Shown here piece by piece: positions 12,592-24,100 of a stretch of DNA of 64,000 nt. The stretch's first letter is position 1; each line of letters starts with the position of its first letter. Source of the stretch: Klebsormidium nitens. Lineage: Eukaryota; Plantae; Klebsormidiophyceae. The translations under genes and the position numbers were made by a program. The DNA lies in NCBI GenBank assembly GCA_000708835.1, contig DF237068.1, positions 100,568 to 164,567 of the forward strand, in the 5' to 3' direction. Under the pieces are notes generated by a model. The model saw nothing but the letters and a program-made list of their open reading frames with translations, was not told the DNA's origin and made no database searches.

Positions 12592-14195
12592 CAACTGGCC
12601 TGCTGCATTGGGAAACACGTTTCTTGAAGTGCCCACTTAGTTCATACGTGCTCTATGATCGCCCACATGCCAAGTTCCTCAACAATGTGCTACTCCTCCT
12701 CTTCGAATCGGTAGTCGTGTCAGCTGCCTCCTCTTCACTGACTCGAACGAGTCTGATCGCAAATGGATACGGCAAATGGATACCAAACACTGTTTGTTCG
12801 CGATTTGAATTCAGCAAATACGAAAAAGTGGAACTACGAAACCCCCTTGGCAAAATCTGATGCGCGTTCTGTCTGAATGACTTCGCAAACATGCGCAGAG
12901 ATTCAACTTTGGAGAATCAATGTTCGTAATCGGATGTCGGACGGCCAACGTTCAGGAAACCTGCACCAGATACGCGCCACGTTCGCACCATGCTGACATC
13001 AGCACAACGGCCATTAAGGACGTAGCCAAACGCACGTAATCCTCGAGTGGCAGTCTCGCTACACTAGCTGCAGAACTGCTGCGAAAGAGTCAGGTCTACA
13101 CGACCCCTCTGGTCTTTAAAGCATGAGACCTGTCGTGCGAAAGCGTCAAACGGAGTGAGAGTCCTGGAGTCTCGCAATGCTCGCGAGAGAGTTGATGATT
13201 CTCCTCACCTGTGCTCTGGCTACGACGTTGACGATCGACACCTATTTGTCTCGCGAAGGTTCTTTCAATTCCGCGTTCATGCAGACTAGTAAGATTACTG
13301 CGCAGAATCCACCTGATAACGTGCGTGTGGCCTTGAGACTCGATCACCGGCATTGACCAAGCGCCGACCGTCAGCGGCGCACGCATGCACGCGTCTTCCA
13401 ATCGCTTCAACGATTACGTGTGACTTTCGATATGAAGTGCGTGTGCTGACCTTCGTTACTTCTTTATACTATGATATTGAACGTTGTCTAAGATGGTCCG
13501 AATTTGATCCAAGCCCTTCTGGCCAATCCGGCCGAAGCGAGTACGTCCGAAAGGTTCGCACTCACTGAGCCTCGGAGTTCGAACACGAGATATGCATGGC
13601 TGAGAACGTATACTGAAGCCGATACGGTCCGAATCAAGTTCTTCGGAACCTGATCCGGCCTGGGCAGCCGATTGATAACGTCGTTCTTGGTCAACATGTA
13701 CATGCTTAGACAGCAAAGAGATTGAAAGCAAGGATGACAGGCCGATGGTGAATAGGTGATTAAGTGCAAAGCAGAGTTCCGCAAGCTTCGGGCCGAACTT
13801 TGCCACGTACACGATACAACGTGCGGGCCTGCGTTTTCATCGGAAGAATCGCATTTAGCATGGCATGCATGCCAGATTCAAGTTGGGGCGCATGAGAAGC
13901 GCGGCCGCATTGACGTACATGCATATGGAGCTAGCTTGAGATTAGAGTCATTGAACATGCCACAATATAGCGTTCAAGGCTCTCGCAAGAAAAAGCCGCA
14001 GTCCGCAGAAAGCGGCGGCATAAATCCTTGAAGCATATTGGTTCTTGCAGTCCGACGGTGTATCATGTACTGATTAGCATTTTGAGAACTTTCGTCGATA
14101 TGAACCCACCTGACCAAAACTGAAACCGTATACCGTGCGCAAAGGTACACAATTCATGGCGGCTACTTGCGAAGCTGGCGAGAGTTTCCTTGATA

Positions 14196-14226
14196 CTATA
14201 CACTATACACTATACACTATACTATA
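14196..14226. repeat. Short (CTATACA)n microsatellite
   Basis: ctataca x3 followed by ctatactatag. Confidence 0.8.
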
Positions 14227-15190
14227 GAAAGTTCTCGATTGACGGCCTCTATCTGTCTCGTAGTTGCTTGGTATGAGCAGACGTTGATTGCAAATGCAGT
14301 GAATGCAGTCATGACACTAATTAAGTGATCGATCGAAAGAAGTTGAACCTTGATGTTTCCCCCATCTTCTAGAAATACGAACGTTGTTGGACATTCTATT
14401 AGGACGTTTGTCTTGCAGCCATTTCATCGTGCTCCACTCTTACTTTTGACTAGCATGCAAGAATCAAATGAGGCCCTTTACTACTGTGTACAATATTACC
14501 TCGTTTGACGAATAGCTTGTGGAGCTTGCAACCTTTGATGCAACCTTCGATCCCACAAAGCTCTTTTCAGGCAATTTGCAATCTTGCCAGACTCCCAGCA
14601 GTAACACCCTTCCTCGCCCTCAAAGCGTTCCAACTCTGCCTGAGCGAAGAGCTGCGCAATACGGAAAAAACACTGCTTCACTCTCGTGATTGGAAAGGTT
14701 GTATCACATCCACTTGTGAAAAGTTACTCATACCAAACTGTGGAGGTGATGTCAGCACCAGCCTCCCGGTAAGAAGATCTGCAAAGCAAAGGTGACCAAA
14801 CCCTCCTTTTTTTTGGAAAGCTGCTCGTGCTGTATCACTCAATTGGTAGAAGAACACGCAAGGCTCTTAGGTCCTGGTTCCAAGCAGATGCACACGGGGT
14901 AATGGCAGAACTACCAGTCTGTTCATAGCAAAGCATCCATCGCGCTTCGTTTGAGCAGCGTACATGACACGACAATCAGAGGGTTAAAACAAAATCCTTT
15001 GTCCCTCGATAGCCCTCCGCAAGCTACATAAGATCGCGTGAACAAACCGGTTACCCGGTTACAATGAGCCGAAGCGCTCACCTCGGAGATCCCTTTGTAG
15101 ATCAGCCATCAACTCGTGCAGTTCTCCAAGTCTGTGTTCAACACTAGCGTTCGAGCCTGCAAAACAGGACTCCAAGTTGATACGAGACCC

Positions 15191-18100
15191 CTACTCCAAG
15201 TAGCCAAACGAGGGGACACATACTGGGTCACATTTGACAAAATCCCCAAAGATGAACTCGTAACGGAGAAGTGGAACGGTCCCCTTCCCTGCTCCTGGAC
15301 TTCCGCACATGTCAATTGACAACTGACTGAAGAAGGATACAATTCTTGCGCTGGTTCGCCTTCCGCGAGAACGACTCAGTCTACGGCGCCACAAAAGCTC
15401 TGCTGAGGAAGATTCAAAGGAGAAGAGTAGTAGTGGAAGCAGACCGTGCAAAAGGCTCCCAGAAAACCAAGGAGTTTAACCTTACAGTAGGATAGAAAAC
15501 AGCCTTTTTACCTCTGGCACCCGTATCGAAGAGAAGATTAAGACTGATTCGACCCTTAATACCACGAACCGCTCGACAACAGCCACTGGACGCTAGTCTT
15601 AGAACCGCATCAGCTGAAACTTTCCAATCGACAGTCCACGTAGGTCCTCCGTGCAATAACAGAGCGCAAGACCATGGGCGATAGCCAAGCAGATTGTGAC
15701 AAAAAGTACAACGCTTTCTAAGCAAAGGTCAGACCAAAATCCTATCGAGAGAGGTACAAAATTGCGTGTAAGAACGTCGTTCATACCTGGTCGTATCGGT
15801 AATGTGGCCGCGCCTGCAAGATAGATGTGGTCCCCATCCCGCAACAGGCTGACGTCACGGATCTCTGCACCGCTCTCATCAAGTAGCCGCGTGGCAGTGT
15901 AACCAAACTCGGTCTCTGCAAGAAGCAATTTGGTTGTTAGTCAACCAGCCAAGCGTAACCAAACTCTTTCCCGGCGAGAAGAATATTTATTACTTAACCA
16001 GCTCAGCGACACCAAACTCGGTCTCCACAAGAAGCAGTTGAGTCAACCAGCTCAGCGTAACCCAACTCGGTCTCTGCGAGAGGCATTCGGTTGTTAGCAA
16101 CTAGCTCAGTGTAACCAAACTCGGTCTCTCCGAGAAGCAAACGGTTGTCAGCCAGCGAGCTCTTCAGAAGGAGGACTTCGATGAATTTGACTCCCAAGCC
16201 TCCAAGGTGGTCAAGCAGAAAAGAGACGCAGGTTTCGTGATACAAATGTGAGAAAACCCTTCGACACAGTTTCGAAACATTCCGGCTTCGCAATCCAGGA
16301 CTGCACCTTAAAGTTTCGTCACGAACCCTTGAATCGAATCCTCAGTGCACACTGCAACAACGTCGAAAATCAGAGGCTCCATTCGCTGCAATTTAAAGAA
16401 CTTGGAGATCCCGTCCCGTTCTTGCCGCTCTAAAGTAGAACTACGCAATGCATCTCTACGTCCATCATCTTTTTAAAAACGCGCCTCACCTCCGTCCTTT
16501 CTTCCCACCATAAATATAACTACGCAATGCACCTTTAAGTCCATGTGACAGCTTTGAAAGGGGGCTCACCTGCAACTCGAAGCAAGTCGTTTCTCGTCCC
16601 CTCAAGAGCCAAAACCAACCCGCCCCCCAACGCTCTTCCCTCGGGCGCTTCCAACGGGTGCACGACCACCCGCCTGGCTTCCGCTCTACTCTGGGCTTTG
16701 TTCCGCGCCTGGTGTGCGGCCTTCAGCAACGGAAGCACTTCCCCGGAACGCTTCTCTTCGCTCTCTTTCTCTCGGTACCGGCTTGGGACGTCCGAATCGG
16801 ACCTCAACGAGAGCTGCGGACTGGACAGCGGCGTCCGGTGGAGCCCGGGGGACGGCAGTGGCGGAGTGCAGCTCCGAGAGACAGGTGGCGGCGTCCGGAT
16901 GGTTAGCCCGAACGGCTCAGTTCGGGGCGGCGGTTCGCTAGCAACTGAGGCTTGGGACGGGAGAGACGTGGTTACTGGTGGGTTTATAAGGAGCGTCGGA
17001 GGCAGTTGGAAGGGGCGCACGGGAGTCGGGTGTACGAGGGGGGATTCGGGCTCTTTTAACTCTTCTGTCGTCGAAGTCGGTATTTGCATCCGGCTATTGA
17101 GCGTGAGCTCCGAGTCCCAGTACGTTTCTGGCTCGAACGTTTGCTCGGCCTCGGGGTTTGGCACCGGGTTATCCCCTAACCGCCCATTACGAGCGTCGCT
17201 TCCGGGTACAGCCCCTTCCGACGGCTTTTCTGCCGCCAGACTGTCCGCATCGAGCGCCCGGCTCGTCCGTCCGTCCAGCGCAAAGATGCCCATTATCTCT
17301 TCCTGCGGGCTACCAGGCTGCGCGCTTTGAGCTGCCATATCTCGCATCGAGCCCACGTGGTTCAAGTGCGGGCCTTCGGAAGGGCTGTCCGTGTTGCGAA
17401 GCCGCTCGAGTTCCTCGAGGGATGACACCACGTCGGTGCTGAATGCTCCGATGTGGCCCGAGGGAGTGGCGTCGAACTGGGCTCCGTGGCGTAAGAGTAG
17501 GTTTACGACCTCTTGATTGCCCTGCAAACAAATTGTGAAACTTGAGTCGCAGAACTGGTCCCCAACTGGTCCCCAAAACCGAATCAAATATCCCAAAGTT
17601 TGTAAAACCAGAACGGAACGGAATAGAACAGACCTGACAAAGCAGGCGCCCAATGGAATTAGAAGACCAGGGATCCATGTTCAGAATCAGCTCAAACCGG
17701 GAGTGTGAACCGGTTTTCATTTGGAACAGGCATTCCGTTCTAAGAGAGTTGTAGAGCCTCCAATTATCAAGACGCCTGCGTTGCGACGAGATGACGGCTT
17801 GTCCTTTTACCAAGCAGCTGCGAGGCCCCCAGTTCAAAATGTAATCTGCAGAAAACACCACCTCTGCTGAGCTCTCGGATACAGTAAGGACTAGCCACCT
17901 CAAATAGGCGGAGTCGAGGAGAGGTGAGCTGATGCACGACGTCAAAAGCAGAACTTGCGACGCCATACGTACCAAGGTGGCGGCGATCTGGAGCGGCGTC
18001 TTCCCGTCGAAATCGAAGCAGTTCGGGTCCGCTCCAAACGCCAGCAGCAGTGCCACGTTGCGTGCATTCCCGCTCGCCACGGCAGTGCAGAGGTCGTAGG

Positions 18101-21100
18101 ACGCAACACGTGGAGTGACGTCAGCGCCATGCTCGCGGAGAAGCTCCGCAGTGGAGTGCTGACCTAAGCGGAGCGCTTCCGAAAGGGGCGAGGCGTCGAA
18201 TTTGTCTGCGAGTAAGGAACGTTGGTGGAAAGATCTGAGTTGGGAAAGGGTATTCGCTTTCATTGGCCAGTACTCTGAATGCGGATTTGAGCAAACTCCA
18301 TTGTTGCAGTGACGGTGCAAAACAGGTCGTGTAAAGATGACGTGGAAGATCGGACTACTGTTCGATATGAGACAATAAGACCTCGTCTCTGGCAACCTGA
18401 TGTCAAGAACCAATACAATACTGCGCCAACGACAAAATCAGATTTGTAAAAGCTTGAGGAGGACACAAGAGTCAACCGCTCAAGACCCTCCCCGCCACAA
18501 AACATCCGACCGAATTGCCCAAACGCTGAACACAAATCAAGGCACACTACTCAGGTTGGCTGTAAAGCGCCCGATGTCAGTCAAGCAGCAGAAGACCCTC
18601 TGGGCATTCTGCAGAGTTCAGAACGCTCACCTCTGACATTCACGTCCGCCCCGTTGCTGATAAGAAAGCGAACGCAGTCATCGTAGCCCATCGCCGCAGC
18701 AACATGCTGCAAGAGAAGGAAGAACGGTCAATTCTCTCGTGCCATGAAGCAACAGAACCAGCGCCTGATTCATGATTTTCGAGAAGGTGATTCCCTTCCA
18801 GGGCAGAGTCAGTTAAAAAGTTTTAGAGAGACTGGTTTCAGTTCCCTTCCTCCATCAACGCGAGCAGCCTGCAAATCATTGTGCTTGCTAAAAGGGAATA
18901 TTGGCCTTGCCCACCAATCCCCCAGACGCCTGCTTCTTTTTGCAGAATCTGCTCCTCGTTCCAGAACGTGCACTTCGCGGATCCAGTCATTTTAACCATG
19001 AAGTATCCCGCCTCAACTTCTGGCTTTTGCCTACGTAAGCTCCAAGACCTTTCATCAAGGCATCTTAAAGACAACAAGGTCAAAGTAAGCAGACCTCCAG
19101 AAAGCAAAGCACGAATCGGCAGGGAGTACAGCGAGATCAGCCAGGGACTCACAATTGGCCGCCTCCCATCAAAGTCGCCAGCGTTTGGGTCAATTCCGCT
19201 GAGCATGAGCTGTCGAACCGTTCGCAAATCCCCGGTTGCCGCTGCAGCACACAACTGGACCACCATCTCTTCTTCTTTCCTGGCGACCACTCTGGAGACT
19301 TCGTCGGCCAAATCGGTCAAGTGCTGGTCGTCCTCCGTTCTGATTGTCTGCAAGAAGGTTTGAGGGCGTTGGAAAGTTTGAAATTTTGAGAAATTTGGAA
19401 TTTTCGGGTTGGTAGGTACGTCCCCAGTCGCCACTGCGGCGCACAACTGGACCAACAAGTCGTCCTCCGTTCTGATTGTTTGCAAAAGGTTCGAGGTTTC
19501 AGGGGGTTTGGAATTTATAGATATTTTGAGGTGTTCGGATTTTAGGTTTCTGTCCTCCGACACGCACCAAAACGCTAGACCACCATTTCCTCTCCTTCTT
19601 CGTCACCACTACGGAGATTCTTTTGGTCAACAAGCTCAAATGCTGGTCGTCTTGCGTTCTGATTGGACTGCAAGAAGGAAGACACATGCAATTGTTGTGC
19701 CAGCATCCCGTCGAATCTTGCGCAGAGCTTCCCGCTTGAGGACGATTGGCTTCCGACGTGTTAGTCGGCAATCTGAGCAGGCTGCAAATTAGTGTCACAA
19801 GCTTCTGACCGGCCTTCTACTATTATCGCCAAGCAATTGAAGGATTGAATATGAGTGTCGAGATGGTGACGAAACCCCGCTTCCAGACCCCAGCGATTGT
19901 GTAAGCAATCCCAACACGTCTTTGAGACTCAAAGCTTCCATCGGCTTACAGAAGACAAGAAAACTCTCCCCAACCAGTCCAACCAGAAAGTTCCGGAGCC
20001 TTTCAGAGTCTTCGACCTGAAACACGCAGCGGGCACCTGGCTTATCGTTCACCTTGTCCTTCACAAACTCAGGTCAAGGGTCCTCGAAATAAACTGCCGC
20101 TCCTTCCTGAAGCTTTCGAGGGACACTCGAGGGCCTCAGATGCAGAAAAGCTCACAAGGCATCCAGAACCCGGAGACTAATGAAGCTTCAGGCTTGCTTG
20201 ACCCCTAAAACTCACAAAACCCCCTGAACTGGTTAAGCTGTAACCCCTTGATCCCTGGTTAAGCCGTTAATTTAAGCCCCCCTGAACTGGTCAAGCCGTA
20301 ACCCCGTAATTCTCTAAAATTTCGTACCTTGAGCAGGTTGCTGGCCATCTGCTGTGCATCCTGCGGGAAGCTCTGTAACAGATCCTTGAACACCTGCCGC
20401 TTTACCGCAAGGACACGGCACAGCTGGATCGCCTTGCACGTGAACGGCTGCGGGATGCCGCACAGGAGCGCCACGTCACCCACGCTCTGGCCGGGCCGCC
20501 ACAGGCCGATCGCGCGGGACGCGCCCATGTCAGCGACGGAAAGCTCCTGGAGATTGGACGGCATACGTTTTGAGCTCTTTGAGCTTTGCCAAAGCCCCGG
20601 AAAAGCTCCTGTATTTCGTAACCGCAGGCAGAAACACACGGTGTCCCTAATCAGGAATGTTGCATACGTGAGAAGTTCGTCCTAGCGAGTTTAATCACGG
20701 ATGCCTGACTATTCCCCAGGCTCTTCGGCCTCCGAAATTGGCAAGCCCGTGGTCCGCTATTTTGATGTTTCCTGATCATCAGCGAACCCTGCCAAATCTT
20801 CTGGCTCTTGGGCCCGCCGACTTTGCTTAAGCCTGCCATCAGGGAAGCGTGACGGATCTTCTGGCTTTTCAGCCTCCTGAGTTTGCTGAAGCCTGCCTGC
20901 GCTTCCGCATCTCTTCCTGGAGGGTAGATTAAAGGCGCGCCACAAAGGCCTGGTGCCTCTGCGTGAATCTGCTTGTCTACAGAGTCGACCGGAGTGAGTT
21001 GCAAGGTTACACAACCTCAGCTTTGAAAGGACAATAGAAGAGCGTTTTCTAACCTCGGGAGACCTGCGGGAAAGAAGATGGAGCTCATCTTGTGTGTTGG

Positions 21101-24100
21101 GACCACCGCACCGACTCGTATATCAGCATCGATTACTTGTTTTAGTTTTCCCGATGCAAGTCGGAGAAAATATTTTCTAAAAAGCTCGCAGAAAGGTTAG
21201 GATGTATTCACACACCGTTTTTCCCTTTTCCCTTCAAATTGCCCGCAAAAGGCTGAAAATCGCAGTTTGCAAGTACATCCGGTAAATTCTTGGCAACCTG
21301 CTGAAACGGACAATCGAAACAACTTCAAGATACCAATTCACATCGAGATTGTCTCGTAAGTTAGTAAGGTAGTAAGCCTTCCTTGGGCGGCAGCTTACCA
21401 GTATTCCCGCAGTAAGGATGTAGAGCTGCGGGTGGATGTCCTTCTGGGCGAGCAGAATGTCGTTGGGCATAAAGTACTCCACCTCCACGTCAGCTTCCTG
21501 CATGTAACAAAAGCACACGTCAGCTTCCACGTCAGCTTCCTGCATGCGGCACATAACAGACTTTCTAGCAGTTTCAAGAAAGTCTACACCAAGATTCTAA
21601 GATACTGGCTCCCTTGATCATCTGATGTACACTCCTTGTGAACGTTGCCGGAATAGGTCCTTGCGGTCTGGGTTGCTACTCCCAAATGTGCGCACTGAAT
21701 TGGATCACTCCGCGACCTCACGCAAGGAAGCAGTATCTGTTTACGAGCTGGGGACCGGAACCACATTCATCAACGTCTGCTCGAACATCTTGGGCGCGCT
21801 TTTCGAAAGGAAGTCTTGTTAGTGCTGTTGTACAGTCCCCCTTCAGATTCTAGACCCTTTGCCTTTCAAAACTGCGGAACATTCTCGAAGGGAAACCATT
21901 TGGTACGCTCGCTTAAGCGACCCTACAAACACCTTCGGCACCCTTGACCAAGTCGACCATGCGGTCAATGCAGCCGAAATCGACCGGAACACCAACGACG
22001 AAACCCGTATGCCTTTGGAAGCCCAAAGCAGATTCAAGTTCTTTCTCCCCGACTTCCTAGAGCACCACCGTTTGCTCAAGCACCTCTGGACCAAATCTGC
22101 CGTGATTTATTGCAGCCGGGACCATCCGAAAGTCACATGTACGTGACACATTTACCCTTGAACGCTGAGAAAAATATCGAACTTTTTCTCCCGATTTCCA
22201 ATCTCCAAGACCCTCACCATCTGCTCGAGCATCTCGGGCGAGCAACCCTGAAACAGATCCGCGCCTTCTAAGTAGCCCCGATGCAGCAACTTAGCGACGC
22301 GCGCGCGGATCGGGCGCGGGAACTGGTCCAGCACGTCGCGGCGCTTCTCCGAGATGCGGAACTTGAGCTGCATGAATTCGACCATCTCGGAGCGCAGCGA
22401 AGCGGGAAGGTTGTTGTACACGCAGTAGGTGTGGAGGTCTTTGAGGTTCTGGCGCTGCAAAATAAGCAAAAATGGGGGTCTTTGAGGTTCTGCCGCTGCA
22501 AAGTAAGGAGAGAAACCAGGAGTTGACTATCTGAGATTCGGGGCAAGACTGCTCGAGCTTCGCAGGAAGGTTGACGTACACGCGTAAAGTGTGTAGATCT
22601 CTGGCGCTGCAAATGAAACACGGTTTCAGGAACTAGCTCAAGACGGGTCGAGCTTGTGGCATCGCTTCTTCGAGTTGCATGAAGGACACCCAACTTGTCA
22701 CGCAGCGGGGCCGAGATAATGTTGAATAGTAAGTAAGCAGAACCATCAAGTTTTGTTGCTGCCGACGCAGTCCAGAAGTTGTAAACTCTGGGTCACCGAT
22801 GAGCGGAGATTTGGTAATGATTTCTCGTGATCCGTGGCTTTTGTGCACTTGGATTTGCTCCCCTATTACACGTATGATGAACTGTCCGATCTGCATGGAG
22901 ACGATTAATGGCACGGGCAGATTTCGGTACACGCAGTGTGTGGACGGTCTTCAGTTGTCAACTTTTGGTGATACAAGGTCAAGGCTTTACAACCTCGTCG
23001 TAAAAAGTGGTGGGAGCAAGATACAGAAAGAACCTCGTCGTTGCAGTCCGTCATCGAGAAACCTTCCTTGCTTCCCCATGCCTACCATCCTGCCAGAACA
23101 AACTCGACTCCGAAAGCAAAGTTGAAGTGCCCTCCTGAACGAGAACGGAACACACGAGGAGAGACGATGGATCTAAGGACAAAGATGACACGTGTTGAAA
23201 AAAGGAAGCTGGACAAGAAAAACAACGCGCACAAGACTGCCAAGGAGGACAGCTTCTGAGGGGCTGCAATTGTGACGTCCAGAATTGAACACTCACGTAT
23301 TGTAGCGTCCGGGCAGATGACTTTTGGATGAGCGCCGTGATGTTGCCGATGACATAAGCGGTGAGGCCCATCGAAAAGATGATGTAGAAGATGGCAAACG
23401 AGATCTCACGCACCGACTGCGGTGAGTAATCGCCATACCTGCGGGATATGGAGAAGCGGCTTAGGACTTCATAATATTCAGGCTTCGGAGTATCCATGTT
23501 CCAAAAATCTTCACAAAGACACTCTTCTGCGCTGAACATTAGACTGAAGAGCATCGTTGACTTATCACCCACGCGACTGTTGGAAGTAACCTTCGAAAGA
23601 GCCAGAAAAGTCTTGCTCTCGCGCGTGGAACTCTCGAAGTGCTAGAAACGTGAGGGGCAAAGGTTGACGAGAGTCCTTAATTGTGCCGATACTCTCCTTG
23701 TTTACGAACGGCCACTGGCAGGAGAGACCAAAGGCGAAGCTAGACTTTCCCGTTAGGCTGCGCGCGCAGAAAGCCTGAGCATAGGACCTGTTATGTATCA
23801 GCTGCAATTTAGGGGTTGCCAGGCCTGTTGTCAGCACAGCCGAACACCGGCTTTCAAGTGCTTGAAATACTCACTCAAAAGATGTAGGTCGGAAGCGCTT
23901 CCAAATATAGAAACAAGGGGGGGGTAGAACGAAGAGGAGAAGGGTCCTACGACTCACCCGACCGTGGTCAGCGTGACGACTGCAAAGTACAGGGACGTCT
24001 GCAAAAACACGAGTTAGTCAGCCAAACGGTACATTAAACTGCGGACTCCTGCTGGTTAAATGAGGGCTGTCACTGCGGGAATCCGAAGGGCTAAGCGGAG

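Noticed and set aside
15951-16145. CRISPR-like regularly spaced repeats
   Set aside because: Units are degenerate copies of a eukaryotic 3' splice site, the 'spacers' are homologous to each other, and there are no cas genes.
16545-17330. 261-aa plus-strand ORF
   Set aside because: Antisense shadow of the GC-rich Pro/Ser linker exon of the K+ channel.
17310-18413. 367-aa minus-strand ORF as a separate ankyrin gene
   Set aside because: Only 18205-17973 is ankyrin exon 15 of the channel; the rest is intron read-through.
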